DNA from: an uncultured Elusimicrobia bacterium
Lineage (GTDB): Bacteria > Elusimicrobiota > Elusimicrobia > 2-01-FULL-59-12
Assembly (NCBI GenBank): GCA_963702895.1
Contig: OY969767.1
Location: forward strand, 320,001 to 384,000
Reading direction: 5' to 3'
Length of the DNA stretch: 64,000 nucleotides
Both the position numbers and the translations under genes were made by a program. Below the pieces are notes generated by a model. It saw only the letters and a program-made list of their open reading frames with translations. It searched no databases and was not told the DNA's origin. Shown here piece after piece: positions 37,796 to 46,949 of this stretch. How positions within the stretch are numbered: position 1 is the first letter of the stretch; every line of letters starts with the position of its first letter.

Positions 37796-38698
37796 TTACT
37801 TCAAGGCATCAACGACCGAACGAATGTTGTGCTCCACGAAGCCGAAGTAGGTATGAGAGTCCGAGAATGCGCCGCCCATCGTGGCGATCGGAGCGATCCG
37901 GGCTCCGGTCTGCTGGGCCAGCCAGCGGGCCGTCTGGTCCGGAAACTGAATCTCGCGAATGAGCAGCGGAACCTTTTGTTGTTTCATCTTGATCGCCAGT
38001 TCTTCCAGATGCGTCGGGGTGGGAGGGATCCCGGGTTTTAATTCGACCATGCCCACGAGTTGAAGACCCAGGAAGTCTCCGAAATACGTCATGTCCTTGT
38101 GATGGGAAACCGCCTTGACCCCTTTGGCCGGAGCGGCCATGGCCTGCCATTCAGTCAGTTTCGTTTCCCATTCCTTCTTGAAGACCTCCCGGTTCTTCTC
38201 GTAGGTCTCCTGATGGGCGGGGTCGATCCGAATGAGTCCCTTGGTAATGTTGTCCGCCATGAGACCCCCATAGCGCGGGTCCATGTTGTAGTGCGGGTTT
38301 CCCAACGGATGCAATTCCCCCTGTGCGCGGGAGAAGTTCGTCGGTGCTTCCAGCCGGTTGACGCCGTCGCTGCAGTCGATGTATCCCTCGCGGTCACGCA
38401 GGATCTTCGGGTTTTGCGCGACGTCCGAAAGCGCCGGCAAGAAGGTATGTTCGAGTTCCAGCCCCACCAGGACCACCGCGTCGGCCTGGTTCAGTTTGGG
38501 AAGAAAACTCGGACGCTGAGGGATGTTGTGGATGTCTTCCGTCCCTTTCGCGAGGCTCTCCACTTGAACCAGGTTGCCGCCGATGCGGCGCGTGATATCC
38601 GCCAGCTCCGGGGTGGTCGTGACGATTCGCAACGCGGCGAGCGCCGGGGAAGTCCCCACGCTGATCGCCGCCAACAGTGCCATGATGAAGCGTTTCAT
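37796..38698 (-). CDS. znuA: Metal ABC substrate-binding protein (ZnuA/cluster A-I)
   Basis: Signal peptide; DIHNI, GELHPLGNPHY and ELKPGIPPTPTHL motifs. Confidence 0.87.
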   Translation of the reverse strand: MKRFIMALLAAISVGTSPALAALRIVTTTPELADITRRIGGNLVQVESLAKGTEDIHNIPQRPSFLPKLNQADAVVLVGLELEHTFLPALSDVAQNPKILRDREGYIDCSDGVNRLEAPTNFSRAQGELHPLGNPHYNMDPRYGGLMADNITKGLIRIDPAHQETYEKNREVFKKEWETKLTEWQAMAAPAKGVKAVSHHKDMTYFGDFLGLQLVGMVELKPGIPPTPTHLEELAIKMKQQKVPLLIREIQFPDQTARWLAQQTGARIAPIATMGGAFSDSHTYFGFVEHNIRSVVDALK

Positions 38699-38730
38699 AA
38701 AAATCTCCTTTTTATCGAATAGAGGTTTCA

Positions 38731-39936
38731 TTACCGGTCCTTGAACAAGTGAACGTGCGTGCCGATGGTCCCAAACCACTGCAGAAACACCTGGTGGTCG
38801 ACCGGACTGCCGTCGTTCACCTTGGCCTGGGAATACTGCAGCCGGATGCGCTGGAATTCCGAGGGAGTGAAGTTGATCATCGCCCCGTAGGTTTTCTTGT
38901 TTACGGTCCGCTGCTTCAGGTTCTCAGGATCCTCCGCGTAGTCGAAGAACCCACCCCCGTTCCAACGGCGCGCGAAGTGGTAGTCCACGTAGGAATACCC
39001 GCCCAGCGTGTAGTAGCGATTGAAAGCGTCGGCATCACCGACCCCGTCGCCATCGGTATCCATGGCCAATTCGTCACGCCGGCGTTCGTCGTTCCGGAAG
39101 AATTCGGTCCCCCAGAGCAGTTTCCGGAAGGCATTTTCCTTCAGCGGCTCGTAACGGAACGTGATGTCGACCCCCGTGAGATGGCGTTGGGTGTTCATGT
39201 CGTCCACCCGGACACCGTCGATGTAGTTCTGCTTCGGCGTAAACGCGTCGCTGACACCCAAGTCGACGCCGAAGTCATCCCCGAGCGGCGCGTAGGAGAA
39301 GAGTCTTCCCAGGTAAGTCATGGCGTCCCAGGAGCGGCCTTCCGTATGGCCCGTCCCATCGGTTTCTTCCAGGCGATTATTCTCCGCGCCCATCTTGTTG
39401 TAGGCCCCCAGGGTTCCTTGAAGGAAGAATGGGGTTTTAAACAAATGGATCATCTCCACACCTTCTGCTCGGGATTCACCGCCGACGTACGCATCGATGG
39501 CCGTGGGCGAGTTCACAAAAGGCAGTTCGTGCGGATGCCAGTGCGCGAAACGACCGAAGTTGGCGAAGAACCGCCCGCCCCTCGCCGTGAGGTTGTATGG
39601 CAGAGACGTGGTGATGAAGGCCGCTTCTTCCACTTCGACCCCGTCCGGAGTTCCGTTCAGGACCGCGTAGAGGTTGGCGAAGGGATCTACGGCGGCCATC
39701 AGGTTTAGCTCCGCCGAACGGAAGTCGAAGTTCCCGTTGTTGTTCCGTGTCTGCGAGGCTACCGCGTCCAGCACCAAGCCCATCGCCGGATTGAAGACGT
39801 TGGGGTTGTATCCCGGTTTTGAGGTTGACATCGGACTCGTTTGAGTGACCTGAAGGATCGAACTTTGTGCGTAGGCGGCTACAGCCGTCGCACAAGCAAT
39901 AAACGTAAGCATCAAACTGCGTTTTAGAAAATGCAT
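38731..39936 (-). CDS. Outer-membrane beta-barrel of the zinc-uptake-associated type
   Basis: Signal peptide; FNPAMG, EVEEA, HWHPHELPF and PSEFQRIRLQY..GTHVH motifs. Confidence 0.78.
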   Translation of the reverse strand: MHFLKRSLMLTFIACATAVAAYAQSSILQVTQTSPMSTSKPGYNPNVFNPAMGLVLDAVASQTRNNNGNFDFRSAELNLMAAVDPFANLYAVLNGTPDGVEVEEAAFITTSLPYNLTARGGRFFANFGRFAHWHPHELPFVNSPTAIDAYVGGESRAEGVEMIHLFKTPFFLQGTLGAYNKMGAENNRLEETDGTGHTEGRSWDAMTYLGRLFSYAPLGDDFGVDLGVSDAFTPKQNYIDGVRVDDMNTQRHLTGVDITFRYEPLKENAFRKLLWGTEFFRNDERRRDELAMDTDGDGVGDADAFNRYYTLGGYSYVDYHFARRWNGGGFFDYAEDPENLKQRTVNKKTYGAMINFTPSEFQRIRLQYSQAKVNDGSPVDHQVFLQWFGTIGTHVHLFKDR

Positions 39937-40031
39937 ATAAGCCCTCCTGTATTAGTAAGAAAAAGCTGCTCTTTAGGTATCTTGAACCATCGGAACCCGA
40001 TGGTTTTCCTGAAATGGCTATAGTCGATGAT

Positions 40032-40301
40032 TTAGAGGGCGGGGGGAGAGAGACCGTGAGAAACGAAAACGAATTGGAGGTAAGGATGCGCAACCGCATC
40101 GGATTGGACCGATGATACAGCGACTCCCGGCGAGAGCTGCTGCGCTGGATCCGTCAATAGTGGCGTCTGATGCGCGATTTTGCAGATGGCGCAGTTCGTT
40201 TCCTGCTTGACAGTTTTGTGGCTGTGGTATGTTTCCAGGGTAGAAAGCCCCAGGAAAGCCGCCAATGTCAACAACGAAACGAACCGTACGAATCTTTTCA
40301 T
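40032..40301 (-). CDS. DUF2946-like putative metal-sensing leader protein
   Basis: N-terminal hydrophobic segment, HSH, CAIC and C-terminal GLSPP; first gene of the Zn operon. Confidence 0.65.
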   Translation of the reverse strand: MKRFVRFVSLLTLAAFLGLSTLETYHSHKTVKQETNCAICKIAHQTPLLTDPAQQLSPGVAVSSVQSDAVAHPYLQFVFVSHGLSPPAL

Positions 40302-40340
40302 TAAGACATGATCTTAATTGTCCGAGACCTCAAAAGTCAA
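40300..40340 (-). promoter_or_regulatory. sigma70-like promoter with overlapping inverted repeat (candidate Fur/Zur-family operator)
   Basis: TTGACT-N18-TAAGAT, 9 nt before ATG; ATTAAGA-N5-TCTTAAT at 40300-40318. Confidence 0.55.
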
Positions 40341-40445
40341 CCGGCCGTCTGAAATCTGGAATCCTGCGGGATCCCTATCACGCGAGCGATCCATATCCCA
40401 TCGCCGCGGACAAGATCGATACGAAACACAGTTGGCGGTGCCCGG

Positions 40446-41270
40446 CTAGCGTCCAGACGCGCTAGGCACGGGGTGTTGGTGGCCACCAGAGTGCGAATGA
40501 GGATGCAGGTGCGTCGCCTGCCCGTGAGCGTGACGGTGCTCATGGATGAGATTGACATCCAAAAGCAGCCGCGTATCTTTCAAGACCTGCTGCGCGGGCC
40601 CGGCGCGGACCAACCGGTGATCCTCCGCCAGCACGGCCGTCTGGCAATCCAACTCTTCGACCAACGCCAGGTCATGCGTCGCCAGAACGAGGGTTTTGCC
40701 CGCCGCATGCAGCTTTTCGAGGATTTCCACGACAAAGCACTGGCTGCGGGGGTCAAGGCCGTTCATCGGCTCATCCAGCAGCAGAATCTCGGGGTTCATT
40801 GTGAGCACGGAGCCTAAGGCCACCCGTTTCTTTTCGCCTCCGGAAAGAAGATAAGGCGGCCGATCGGCGAGCCGGTCGATCTCAAGGAGCGCGAGGGTCT
40901 CCTTGACGCGCTGTCTGGCCTCGTCTTCCGTCAAACCCAGCTGGCGGGGTCCAAAAAGGAGTTCTTCGGAAACCGACGGGCAGAAGAGCTGTACATCCGC
41001 ATCCTGGAAGACATAGCCGACTCGGGACCGGAAATTGGCCGCGAAAGTGGGATCCGTCAAGGATCGAGACGTCACCTCCCGACCTCGAAATTTAAGTTCG
41101 CCCTGACTCGGGAAGCGTAAACCGTCCATCAACTGAAGCAGCGTCGATTTGCCGCTCCCGTTAGCTCCAATAACAGCCCACTTCTCTTTCTCGCCGATAT
41201 CGAGGCTTACGCCGGCCAGCGCGACAGCCCCTCCAGGGTATGCATAGGTGAGATCTTTGACTGAAAGCAT
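40446..41270 (-). CDS. cbiO: Ni/Co ECF transporter ATPase with His-rich tail
   Basis: GANGSGKST, VFQDADVQLF, LSGGEKKRVA; tail HEHRHAH..HLHPHSH. Confidence 0.88.
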   Translation of the reverse strand: MLSVKDLTYAYPGGAVALAGVSLDIGEKEKWAVIGANGSGKSTLLQLMDGLRFPSQGELKFRGREVTSRSLTDPTFAANFRSRVGYVFQDADVQLFCPSVSEELLFGPRQLGLTEDEARQRVKETLALLEIDRLADRPPYLLSGGEKKRVALGSVLTMNPEILLLDEPMNGLDPRSQCFVVEILEKLHAAGKTLVLATHDLALVEELDCQTAVLAEDHRLVRAGPAQQVLKDTRLLLDVNLIHEHRHAHGQATHLHPHSHSGGHQHPVPSASGR

Positions 41271-41275
41271 GGCGC

Positions 41276-42052
41276 TCACCGATCGGCTCCGCCAGCCGGC
41301 AGATCGACCCCGCGGCTGCGCATCGCCGCGGCGACGTCCTCGCAACGCTTGCGTGTCATTCCCCAAATCTGAGCCAGCCTCTCGGCTTCCCAGCGCCAGA
41401 CCTCTCGAGTCTCCGATCGTCGGAGCTGGCGACTTTTTCGGGCCAGATGCATGTCTTGTACGGTCCGCGCCAGAATAAAGAGATACTGCCGCGCCAGAGC
41501 CAGGATCCATACTAAGGTGCGCGGGACGCCCAGAACCTGGAATCCGCGGAGCAACTTCGGGGACGGGGTGGTCCAAAGGATCAGAAAGGTCAGCGTTAAG
41601 GAGTTAAACGTCCTAGCGAACAGCATCCCGATGCCCGACCACGCCTGAACGAAGGTTGCCCCCTCAGGTCGCACCACTAGAGAAGGTAGTGGAACGAGAA
41701 AACCGAAGATGAATGAAATCGCCAATACACGCGGATAGAAGGCCGACAGCCGTACCCGCGACGCAACCGCCAGGAACAAAAGCATGGCCGCTATTCCCGC
41801 GTGCACTTTTCCCGAGCTAACAACACTTACGATTACCAAGGCGGCGATCCAGGCGGCCACCTTGAAGGCCGGCGGCACGCGCTGGAGGACGCCCCGGAGC
41901 TCGGCCGTATCCCACTGGACGTAGGAGTCGTAGATCACCCGGGCCATACGGTCAATTCCCTTGTCGAGCACGCCGGAGAGGTCTCCCGCGCTTGGGTGAA
42001 TCACGAGCGTCGGTGGCGGGTCCAATAGATAGGGCGGAAAAAATTCATTCAT
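41276..42052 (-). CDS. cbiQ: Ni/Co ECF transmembrane T component
   Basis: ARKSR and AMRSRG motifs; polytopic membrane protein. Confidence 0.85.
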   Translation of the reverse strand: MNEFFPPYLLDPPPTLVIHPSAGDLSGVLDKGIDRMARVIYDSYVQWDTAELRGVLQRVPPAFKVAAWIAALVIVSVVSSGKVHAGIAAMLLFLAVASRVRLSAFYPRVLAISFIFGFLVPLPSLVVRPEGATFVQAWSGIGMLFARTFNSLTLTFLILWTTPSPKLLRGFQVLGVPRTLVWILALARQYLFILARTVQDMHLARKSRQLRRSETREVWRWEAERLAQIWGMTRKRCEDVAAAMRSRGVDLPAGGADR

Positions 42053-42056
42053 TGGC

Positions 42057-43037
42057 TTAGAAATAGAACGATAGCGTCGTCACGAGGCGGAATTTTTCCA
42101 GCCCTTCGGCGCCTTGCTGTTCATCCTTTTCATTCAGGTTTTTCCATGCTGGGACTTTACAGAGAACTCCCAGGTTGGCGTTCCAGAGTTTCGGGAAGGA
42201 GAACCGAAGCCCTGGAGAAGCATAGAGGATGGTTCCGCCCGTCGCGCTGAGTCCCTCGCCCGATTCCTGGTCGCGAGCAAGCTGCAGGAGATTCAGCTCA
42301 ATGACACCGTCTAGTTTTGACAGGAACGCATTCGGATTCCCATAGAGCTCATCGACCCCCGCCAGGCTGAATCGGTATTCGTTCCCGAATTTGAAGTCGT
42401 CTCTCTCTGTGAAAACATCGTAGGAGGTATCGGCGACGAGCGTAAAAGACCCGAAAAGGTGCCGGGCGGCAGAGGCCCCCATGGAATAGGATGGGCTTCC
42501 GAATCCCGGCTGCATTCCTGGATCAACGGAGTCCCCTAAAACCACATCATCCTTTCCGGTCGGGGCCGTCACTCCCCCGTAAAATGACAGATAGGATTTA
42601 TCGGATCCTTCGAGAGTAACGGCGGTTTCACTCTGTTTGTTCAAGTGAAAACCTTCACCCTTGCCGTGATTGAGCCCCAGCGTAAACAGGAACCGCACGT
42701 CGCCGATACCGCTCGCCGACCCCAGGGAATCCTGCCGCTTGGTGTTGTAAGGCAGAAAGACGGAGGTCGTCAGCCAGGGCGTCGCGCCGTAGGAAAGACC
42801 CGCGTTATAAAACGAGAACGAACTTTTGTTTTCCGGTTCGGCAAAAGCGTATTTTCTCCAAGCCACCTGCTCACTTCGCATGGAGACCACGAATCCTCCC
42901 TGGGGCAGTGTCAGAGGAGAATTGGTATCGATGGGGCTGCCGGGGCCAAAGGCCAGACTGACACCGCCATGGTGGGCCATGGCTGGGGCCGTGATCAGGC
43001 CAACAACAAGAAAAGACCAAACTGACTTGAAACGCAT
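42057..43037 (-). CDS. Outer-membrane transporter-like beta-barrel
   Basis: Signal peptide ending AMA-HHGG; SGIGD, APTG and QPGFGS motifs; terminal F. Confidence 0.75.
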   Translation of the reverse strand: MRFKSVWSFLVVGLITAPAMAHHGGVSLAFGPGSPIDTNSPLTLPQGGFVVSMRSEQVAWRKYAFAEPENKSSFSFYNAGLSYGATPWLTTSVFLPYNTKRQDSLGSASGIGDVRFLFTLGLNHGKGEGFHLNKQSETAVTLEGSDKSYLSFYGGVTAPTGKDDVVLGDSVDPGMQPGFGSPSYSMGASAARHLFGSFTLVADTSYDVFTERDDFKFGNEYRFSLAGVDELYGNPNAFLSKLDGVIELNLLQLARDQESGEGLSATGGTILYASPGLRFSFPKLWNANLGVLCKVPAWKNLNEKDEQQGAEGLEKFRLVTTLSFYF

Positions 43038-43071
43038 GGGGAAGACCTCCAATATTTTTTGGGATATGAAA

Positions 43072-43530
43072 TCAGCTTGTCGGCGATGCTTTTCGCCTGC
43101 TCGCTGCCAGGCTTACCAAACCGAAGAGTCCGAATATCAGGCTTATCCCGGTGATGAGCTTCGTGTGCCTGGCGAGAAGCGGCTTTCGAAACGATGCCAG
43201 GTCCAGGGCTTGGTCAACCTTCACATCAACGGTGACGCCATGGTATCCGTGCATTGATTCGCCTAGAATCTTGATCTTCCAATCGCCCGCCCGATCCGGG
43301 AGAAAGGACACCACGCCGTTTTTGTCCGTGCGGCCTGTGGCAAAAGGGAGCGCGTCTCCAGGCCCGAAAATCTCGTAGCCGGCATAACTGGCCGGATCGG
43401 TTTCCGAATAGAAGACCTTTGCAGAGATCCCCTTAGGCATGACGTCATAATTGACGCTGTGCGCCTGTGCCGAAGGGATGGACCATAGGGCCATCAGCCC
43501 AAAGAAGGGATAGACAACGAGTCGTTTCAT
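43072..43530 (-). CDS. NikL-like accessory nickel transport protein
   Basis: AQA-H signal cleavage site, GRTDKNGVVSF, GYHG and a C-terminal TM. Confidence 0.7.
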   Translation of the reverse strand: MKRLVVYPFFGLMALWSIPSAQAHSVNYDVMPKGISAKVFYSETDPASYAGYEIFGPGDALPFATGRTDKNGVVSFLPDRAGDWKIKILGESMHGYHGVTVDVKVDQALDLASFRKPLLARHTKLITGISLIFGLFGLVSLAASRRKASPTS

Positions 43531-44882
43531 GGTTTCACCTCAAAAGCGAGCGTGGTCGTGATGCTCGTCCAATCTGCGTCGGGATCGTTGGCGCGCGGCG
43601 ACTTCTGCGTCACGGTCACGACCTGATGACCGCCAATCACCGGCACGCGAATCACGCCATCCGAATCCGTTTTTCCTGCCTGTTCATGTCCGGTCGACTC
43701 GACATCGACCCCTGAGAGCGGTTGCCCCTCATGGAGGACTTTCACGGGCAGGGTTTGGCCCGGTTTCATAGCCAGAGGATTCTCAAGAGGAATGAGGTCC
43801 AGAACGATGCCCGGGATGGGCTTCATGGCCCCCGGCCCCCAGCCAAACAGTGCTTTGGAGATATTCCATGAGCGAAGGGCTTCTACGACGCGACTCGCTT
43901 TCCGTTTCGGGAGTTCTTTCCATCCATAGATGGTCTTGGACCAATACTTGTTGTCGATTTCTACGACCAAAAGCGCCGCAGGCGACGTGGCGCTGAAAGA
44001 GACGCCCTTGGCTTTTTTCATCATGCGAACATCCACAGGTCTCCCTTCGAGGTCAAACCCCCGCGCTTGTGTGACATTGGCAGGGTCGTAGGCAGAACGG
44101 CTTGACCCGTGGCCGAACACCAGCGTATAGGTCCCGGCTCCAGGTTCGATCCAGAATTCATGCGCTTTCAGGGGAGATGCGGCTAGAAGGAAGGCCCCCA
44201 GCAGGAAAGCAAGCGACCTTGACTCCACCGGAGGAATACGACGTTTGATCGCCTGAAAAGAGAGGCCCGTCATCGCGGCTTCTAGAATCCCCACGACGCT
44301 CAGGTGAGTCACCATCATCGTCGGGATGACGATCTTCAGCGAATACGGAAAATATCCAGGATGAAGTCTTGGCTGAATGCCGAGCTCGAACGCCGTCAAG
44401 AGCGCGGAGAGATTGATGGATAGGTACGCGGCGAGGGCGGCCAAAACCGCTTCCGCTCGTCGATGGTCTTTCATCGGGAGCTTTTTGGCGATGGCCTGAA
44501 GCACCCGGAACGTCGCCGCAGCGCAGAGCGAGCCGACTAAGGCCATGTTAAAACAGTTCGCCGCCAGCACGGTAACGCCCCCGTCGCCAAAGAGAAGAGC
44601 CTGAATCGCAAGGGCGACGGAAACCGCGATCACGGCCGCCCAAGGGCCAAGCAAAATCGCGACAAGCGCCGCTCCCTGTAAATGAGTGGTCGTTCCTCCG
44701 GGCACGGGAATAGCAAACGTCATCGCAAGGAGACAGAAGACGGAGGCCATCGCCAAATGGGGGATCCGGTCAGATGGAAGCTGGGCTCCCACTTTTTTCG
44801 AGGCATAGCCCCAGACAGGAACCATCACGGCCCAGAAACTTCCGTAGGTGGCTGGTCCCAGATAGCCGTCAGGAATGTGCAT
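43527..44882 (-). CDS. cbiM: NikM/CbiM S component fused to a DUF4198 (NikK-like) domain
   Basis: MHIPDGYL N-terminus and QALLFGDGG; later LKA-HEFWIEP, YWSKT and GKTDSDG in the same frame. Confidence 0.85.
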   Translation of the reverse strand: MHIPDGYLGPATYGSFWAVMVPVWGYASKKVGAQLPSDRIPHLAMASVFCLLAMTFAIPVPGGTTTHLQGAALVAILLGPWAAVIAVSVALAIQALLFGDGGVTVLAANCFNMALVGSLCAAATFRVLQAIAKKLPMKDHRRAEAVLAALAAYLSINLSALLTAFELGIQPRLHPGYFPYSLKIVIPTMMVTHLSVVGILEAAMTGLSFQAIKRRIPPVESRSLAFLLGAFLLAASPLKAHEFWIEPGAGTYTLVFGHGSSRSAYDPANVTQARGFDLEGRPVDVRMMKKAKGVSFSATSPAALLVVEIDNKYWSKTIYGWKELPKRKASRVVEALRSWNISKALFGWGPGAMKPIPGIVLDLIPLENPLAMKPGQTLPVKVLHEGQPLSGVDVESTGHEQAGKTDSDGVIRVPVIGGHQVVTVTQKSPRANDPDADWTSITTTLAFEVKP

Positions 44883-45306
44883 GCGGAGTACTCTTTGTTT
44901 CCGCTCCACCTGCGGCTGATAGCGTGGCGAACTGGACACCCTTTTCCTTCTTCATCCGATCAGCAAGTTCCTTGAGGCGTCGCGCTTCTCCCCGCGCCAC
45001 GATGACCTCCAGACATTGGTCGTGTTTGAGGTGAATATGTTGTGCGCAAAGCACCGTTGCAGGGTGGTCGTGTTGGATGTGAAGCAACTTATTGACAAGT
45101 CCACGCTGATGGTGGTCGTAGGAGATCGTGATGACACCCACCACCTCTTTGGAAGAGCTTTCCCAATCGGAGCGCACAAACTCTGCTCGCATCAGGTCGC
45201 GCAGGGCCTCCGAGCGGTTGGTGTAGCGGCCCTTGTGGATATGGGCGTCGAAACGCCGCAAGATATCCTCATCGATGGCCACTCCGAAACGAATCAGCTT
45301 TGCCAT
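44869..45306 (-). CDS. nikR: Nickel-responsive regulator
   Basis: IRFGVAI, NRSEALRDL, YDHH and HIHLKHDQCLEV motifs. Confidence 0.95.
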   Translation of the reverse strand: MAKLIRFGVAIDEDILRRFDAHIHKGRYTNRSEALRDLMRAEFVRSDWESSSKEVVGVITISYDHHQRGLVNKLLHIQHDHPATVLCAQHIHLKHDQCLEVIVARGEARRLKELADRMKKEKGVQFATLSAAGGAETKSTPHAHS

Positions 45307-45309
45307 TTG

Positions 45310-45336
45310 GTGGCACGTTTATAACATTTGTAACAC
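45310..45336. promoter_or_regulatory. Candidate NikR operator overlapping the nikR promoter
   Basis: Imperfect inverted repeat GTGGCAC-N13-GTAACAC just upstream of the start; TTGACC..TATAAA on the minus strand. Confidence 0.6.
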
Positions 45337-45433
45337 GTCTAGGTCAAAAAAAGCCGTCAGGACGCAGGCCCCCGACCACCCGGCCGCCCTGCGAGGATAA
45401 TTTCTCGAGGCGGCCGGGAACGAGCGTGCGGGT

Positions 45434-46432
45434 CTACAGTTGGAAGCGGTACGCAACGCTGCTCAACAGGTTGTAATCCGAGGTGAGCTGGATTTCATTA
45501 ACGCGCTGATGAATTGGGATTTGGGCCACTGTTGACCATTCCCAGGCATCTGTCAAGCGGAACTGCACGCCGGGCGAGTAGTACAGATATTCTCCGCCGG
45601 TCTTCTCCACTTCTTCGCTGGTTTGGCCTTTATCATCCTTTTCCTTCACGACCAGATTGAACTGGCTCATGATACCCAGCCATTTCACGATGGGATATGT
45701 TGTCCCCAGGTTTACTGTCATGACATTCCCGAGCTTGTAGTCCTCATGCCCTTTTCCGTTGATCTTGTAATTGGCGCTCAAGAATAGCGGCATGGCGGTG
45801 TACTGGCCGCCGATCGTCGGAACGCTAAAGTGCTGCAGCGATGCCCCGCCGACGATGAAGTCATAAGATGCCGATCCGGGTGTGATCCCGGGTTCCGCCT
45901 CATCCCCATCACTGTTCGTGATATGCGATTTCCCGGTTGGAAATTCCATTCCGACGATGCCGGATAAGGTGGGACGGCTGGTCTCAGCTGGTTTAAAGAA
46001 GGCATACCGCGCCTGCGCCGACAAGTCCCCGATGTCCGTGAAATCCCACCCTTCCGGGATGATCTCCGCGCCACCGTGGTGATTGTGAATATGACGATGG
46101 CTTCGGGAGATGAGCGGCAAGGCAAGATCCAAGCTCAGGCGATCCGTAACGCCATATGTTCCAAGGAAGCGATGGATTCGATTTACAGTCCTCTGCTCGT
46201 CATGATGCCCGCTGATCTCGCCGACGTAGGCCTTATTTGTGCCGATGCGCGGCTGATCCTGGTCGATGTATTCGAACTCGTACCCCAACCGGACGAGACC
46301 CTTTTCTGAAACAAATGAACTGCGGGTGTCCAAGGGACATGTGGCGGACCCGCAACTCGCCCAACCTTGTGAAATGCACGTCAATAACGTCACAGCGCAA
46401 GCCATTAGCCCGCGCTTTATAGCGCTAGTCAT
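45434..46432 (-). CDS. Outer-membrane transporter-like beta-barrel with Cys/His motifs
   Basis: Signal peptide; SCGSATCP, GHHDE, HRHIHNHH, IGD and FPTG motifs. Confidence 0.75.
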   Translation of the reverse strand: MTSAIKRGLMACAVTLLTCISQGWASCGSATCPLDTRSSFVSEKGLVRLGYEFEYIDQDQPRIGTNKAYVGEISGHHDEQRTVNRIHRFLGTYGVTDRLSLDLALPLISRSHRHIHNHHGGAEIIPEGWDFTDIGDLSAQARYAFFKPAETSRPTLSGIVGMEFPTGKSHITNSDGDEAEPGITPGSASYDFIVGGASLQHFSVPTIGGQYTAMPLFLSANYKINGKGHEDYKLGNVMTVNLGTTYPIVKWLGIMSQFNLVVKEKDDKGQTSEEVEKTGGEYLYYSPGVQFRLTDAWEWSTVAQIPIHQRVNEIQLTSDYNLLSSVAYRFQL

Positions 46433-46490
46433 AAATCCTCCTATGCAAAACGAAATGAATATCCGAATGCCTACGACAAACAGCAGTGGT

Positions 46491-46877
46491 TTAGCAGGAG
46501 GTTTCAGGCGGCGGGATGAAAATATCAGGGATGAACGACAAATAGAAAGTGGGCGCCCAAGCAACAGAGGGACGGGTCATTTCTCCGTACACGACGAAGA
46601 CGGATGCGGGGATCATTTCGCGGCGTTCGGGTGGAACGGTCATATCATCTCCGCCGCCACACGATTTGATAGATGCTTGATCAGGCGCGGTTGGCTTCTT
46701 GGCTTTCTTAGGGAAGCAACAACAATGGCTCATGCATTTTTTCTTGCTCGAACAGGCGCACTGGTGGCTGCCACAAGGAAAGTTCGGATCCGGTCCTGCA
46801 AAGGCAGAAGCGTAAACATCCAACGGCATAAGACATAGAACGAGCACAACCGATAAAAGAAGACGACATTTCGGCAT
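46491..46877 (-). CDS. Cys-rich exported small protein with C-terminal PPP (putative leader)
   Basis: Signal segment; CGSHQCAC..CMSHCCC; ends IFIPPPETSC. Confidence 0.65.
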   Translation of the reverse strand: MPKCRLLLSVVLVLCLMPLDVYASAFAGPDPNFPCGSHQCACSSKKKCMSHCCCFPKKAKKPTAPDQASIKSCGGGDDMTVPPERREMIPASVFVVYGEMTRPSVAWAPTFYLSFIPDIFIPPPETSC

Positions 46878-46904
46878 CTTTGTTTGAGCCAATTCTACAT
46901 CGAC

Positions 46905-46949
46905 AAAAAGAATCGCCGGCCGATCCTCTTCAGGATCTGCCGGCGATTC
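46905..46949 (-). terminator. Intrinsic terminator following the displaced tRNA 3' end
   Basis: Minus strand reads GAATCGCCGGCAGATCCTGAAGAGGATCGGCCGGCGATTC-TTTTT. Confidence 0.8.

Noticed and set aside
45340..45430. Cobalamin or NiCo riboswitch upstream of the ECF operon
   Set aside because: Only a simple GC hairpin is seen; no recognisable conserved riboswitch core, and NikR with a candidate operator explains the regulation.
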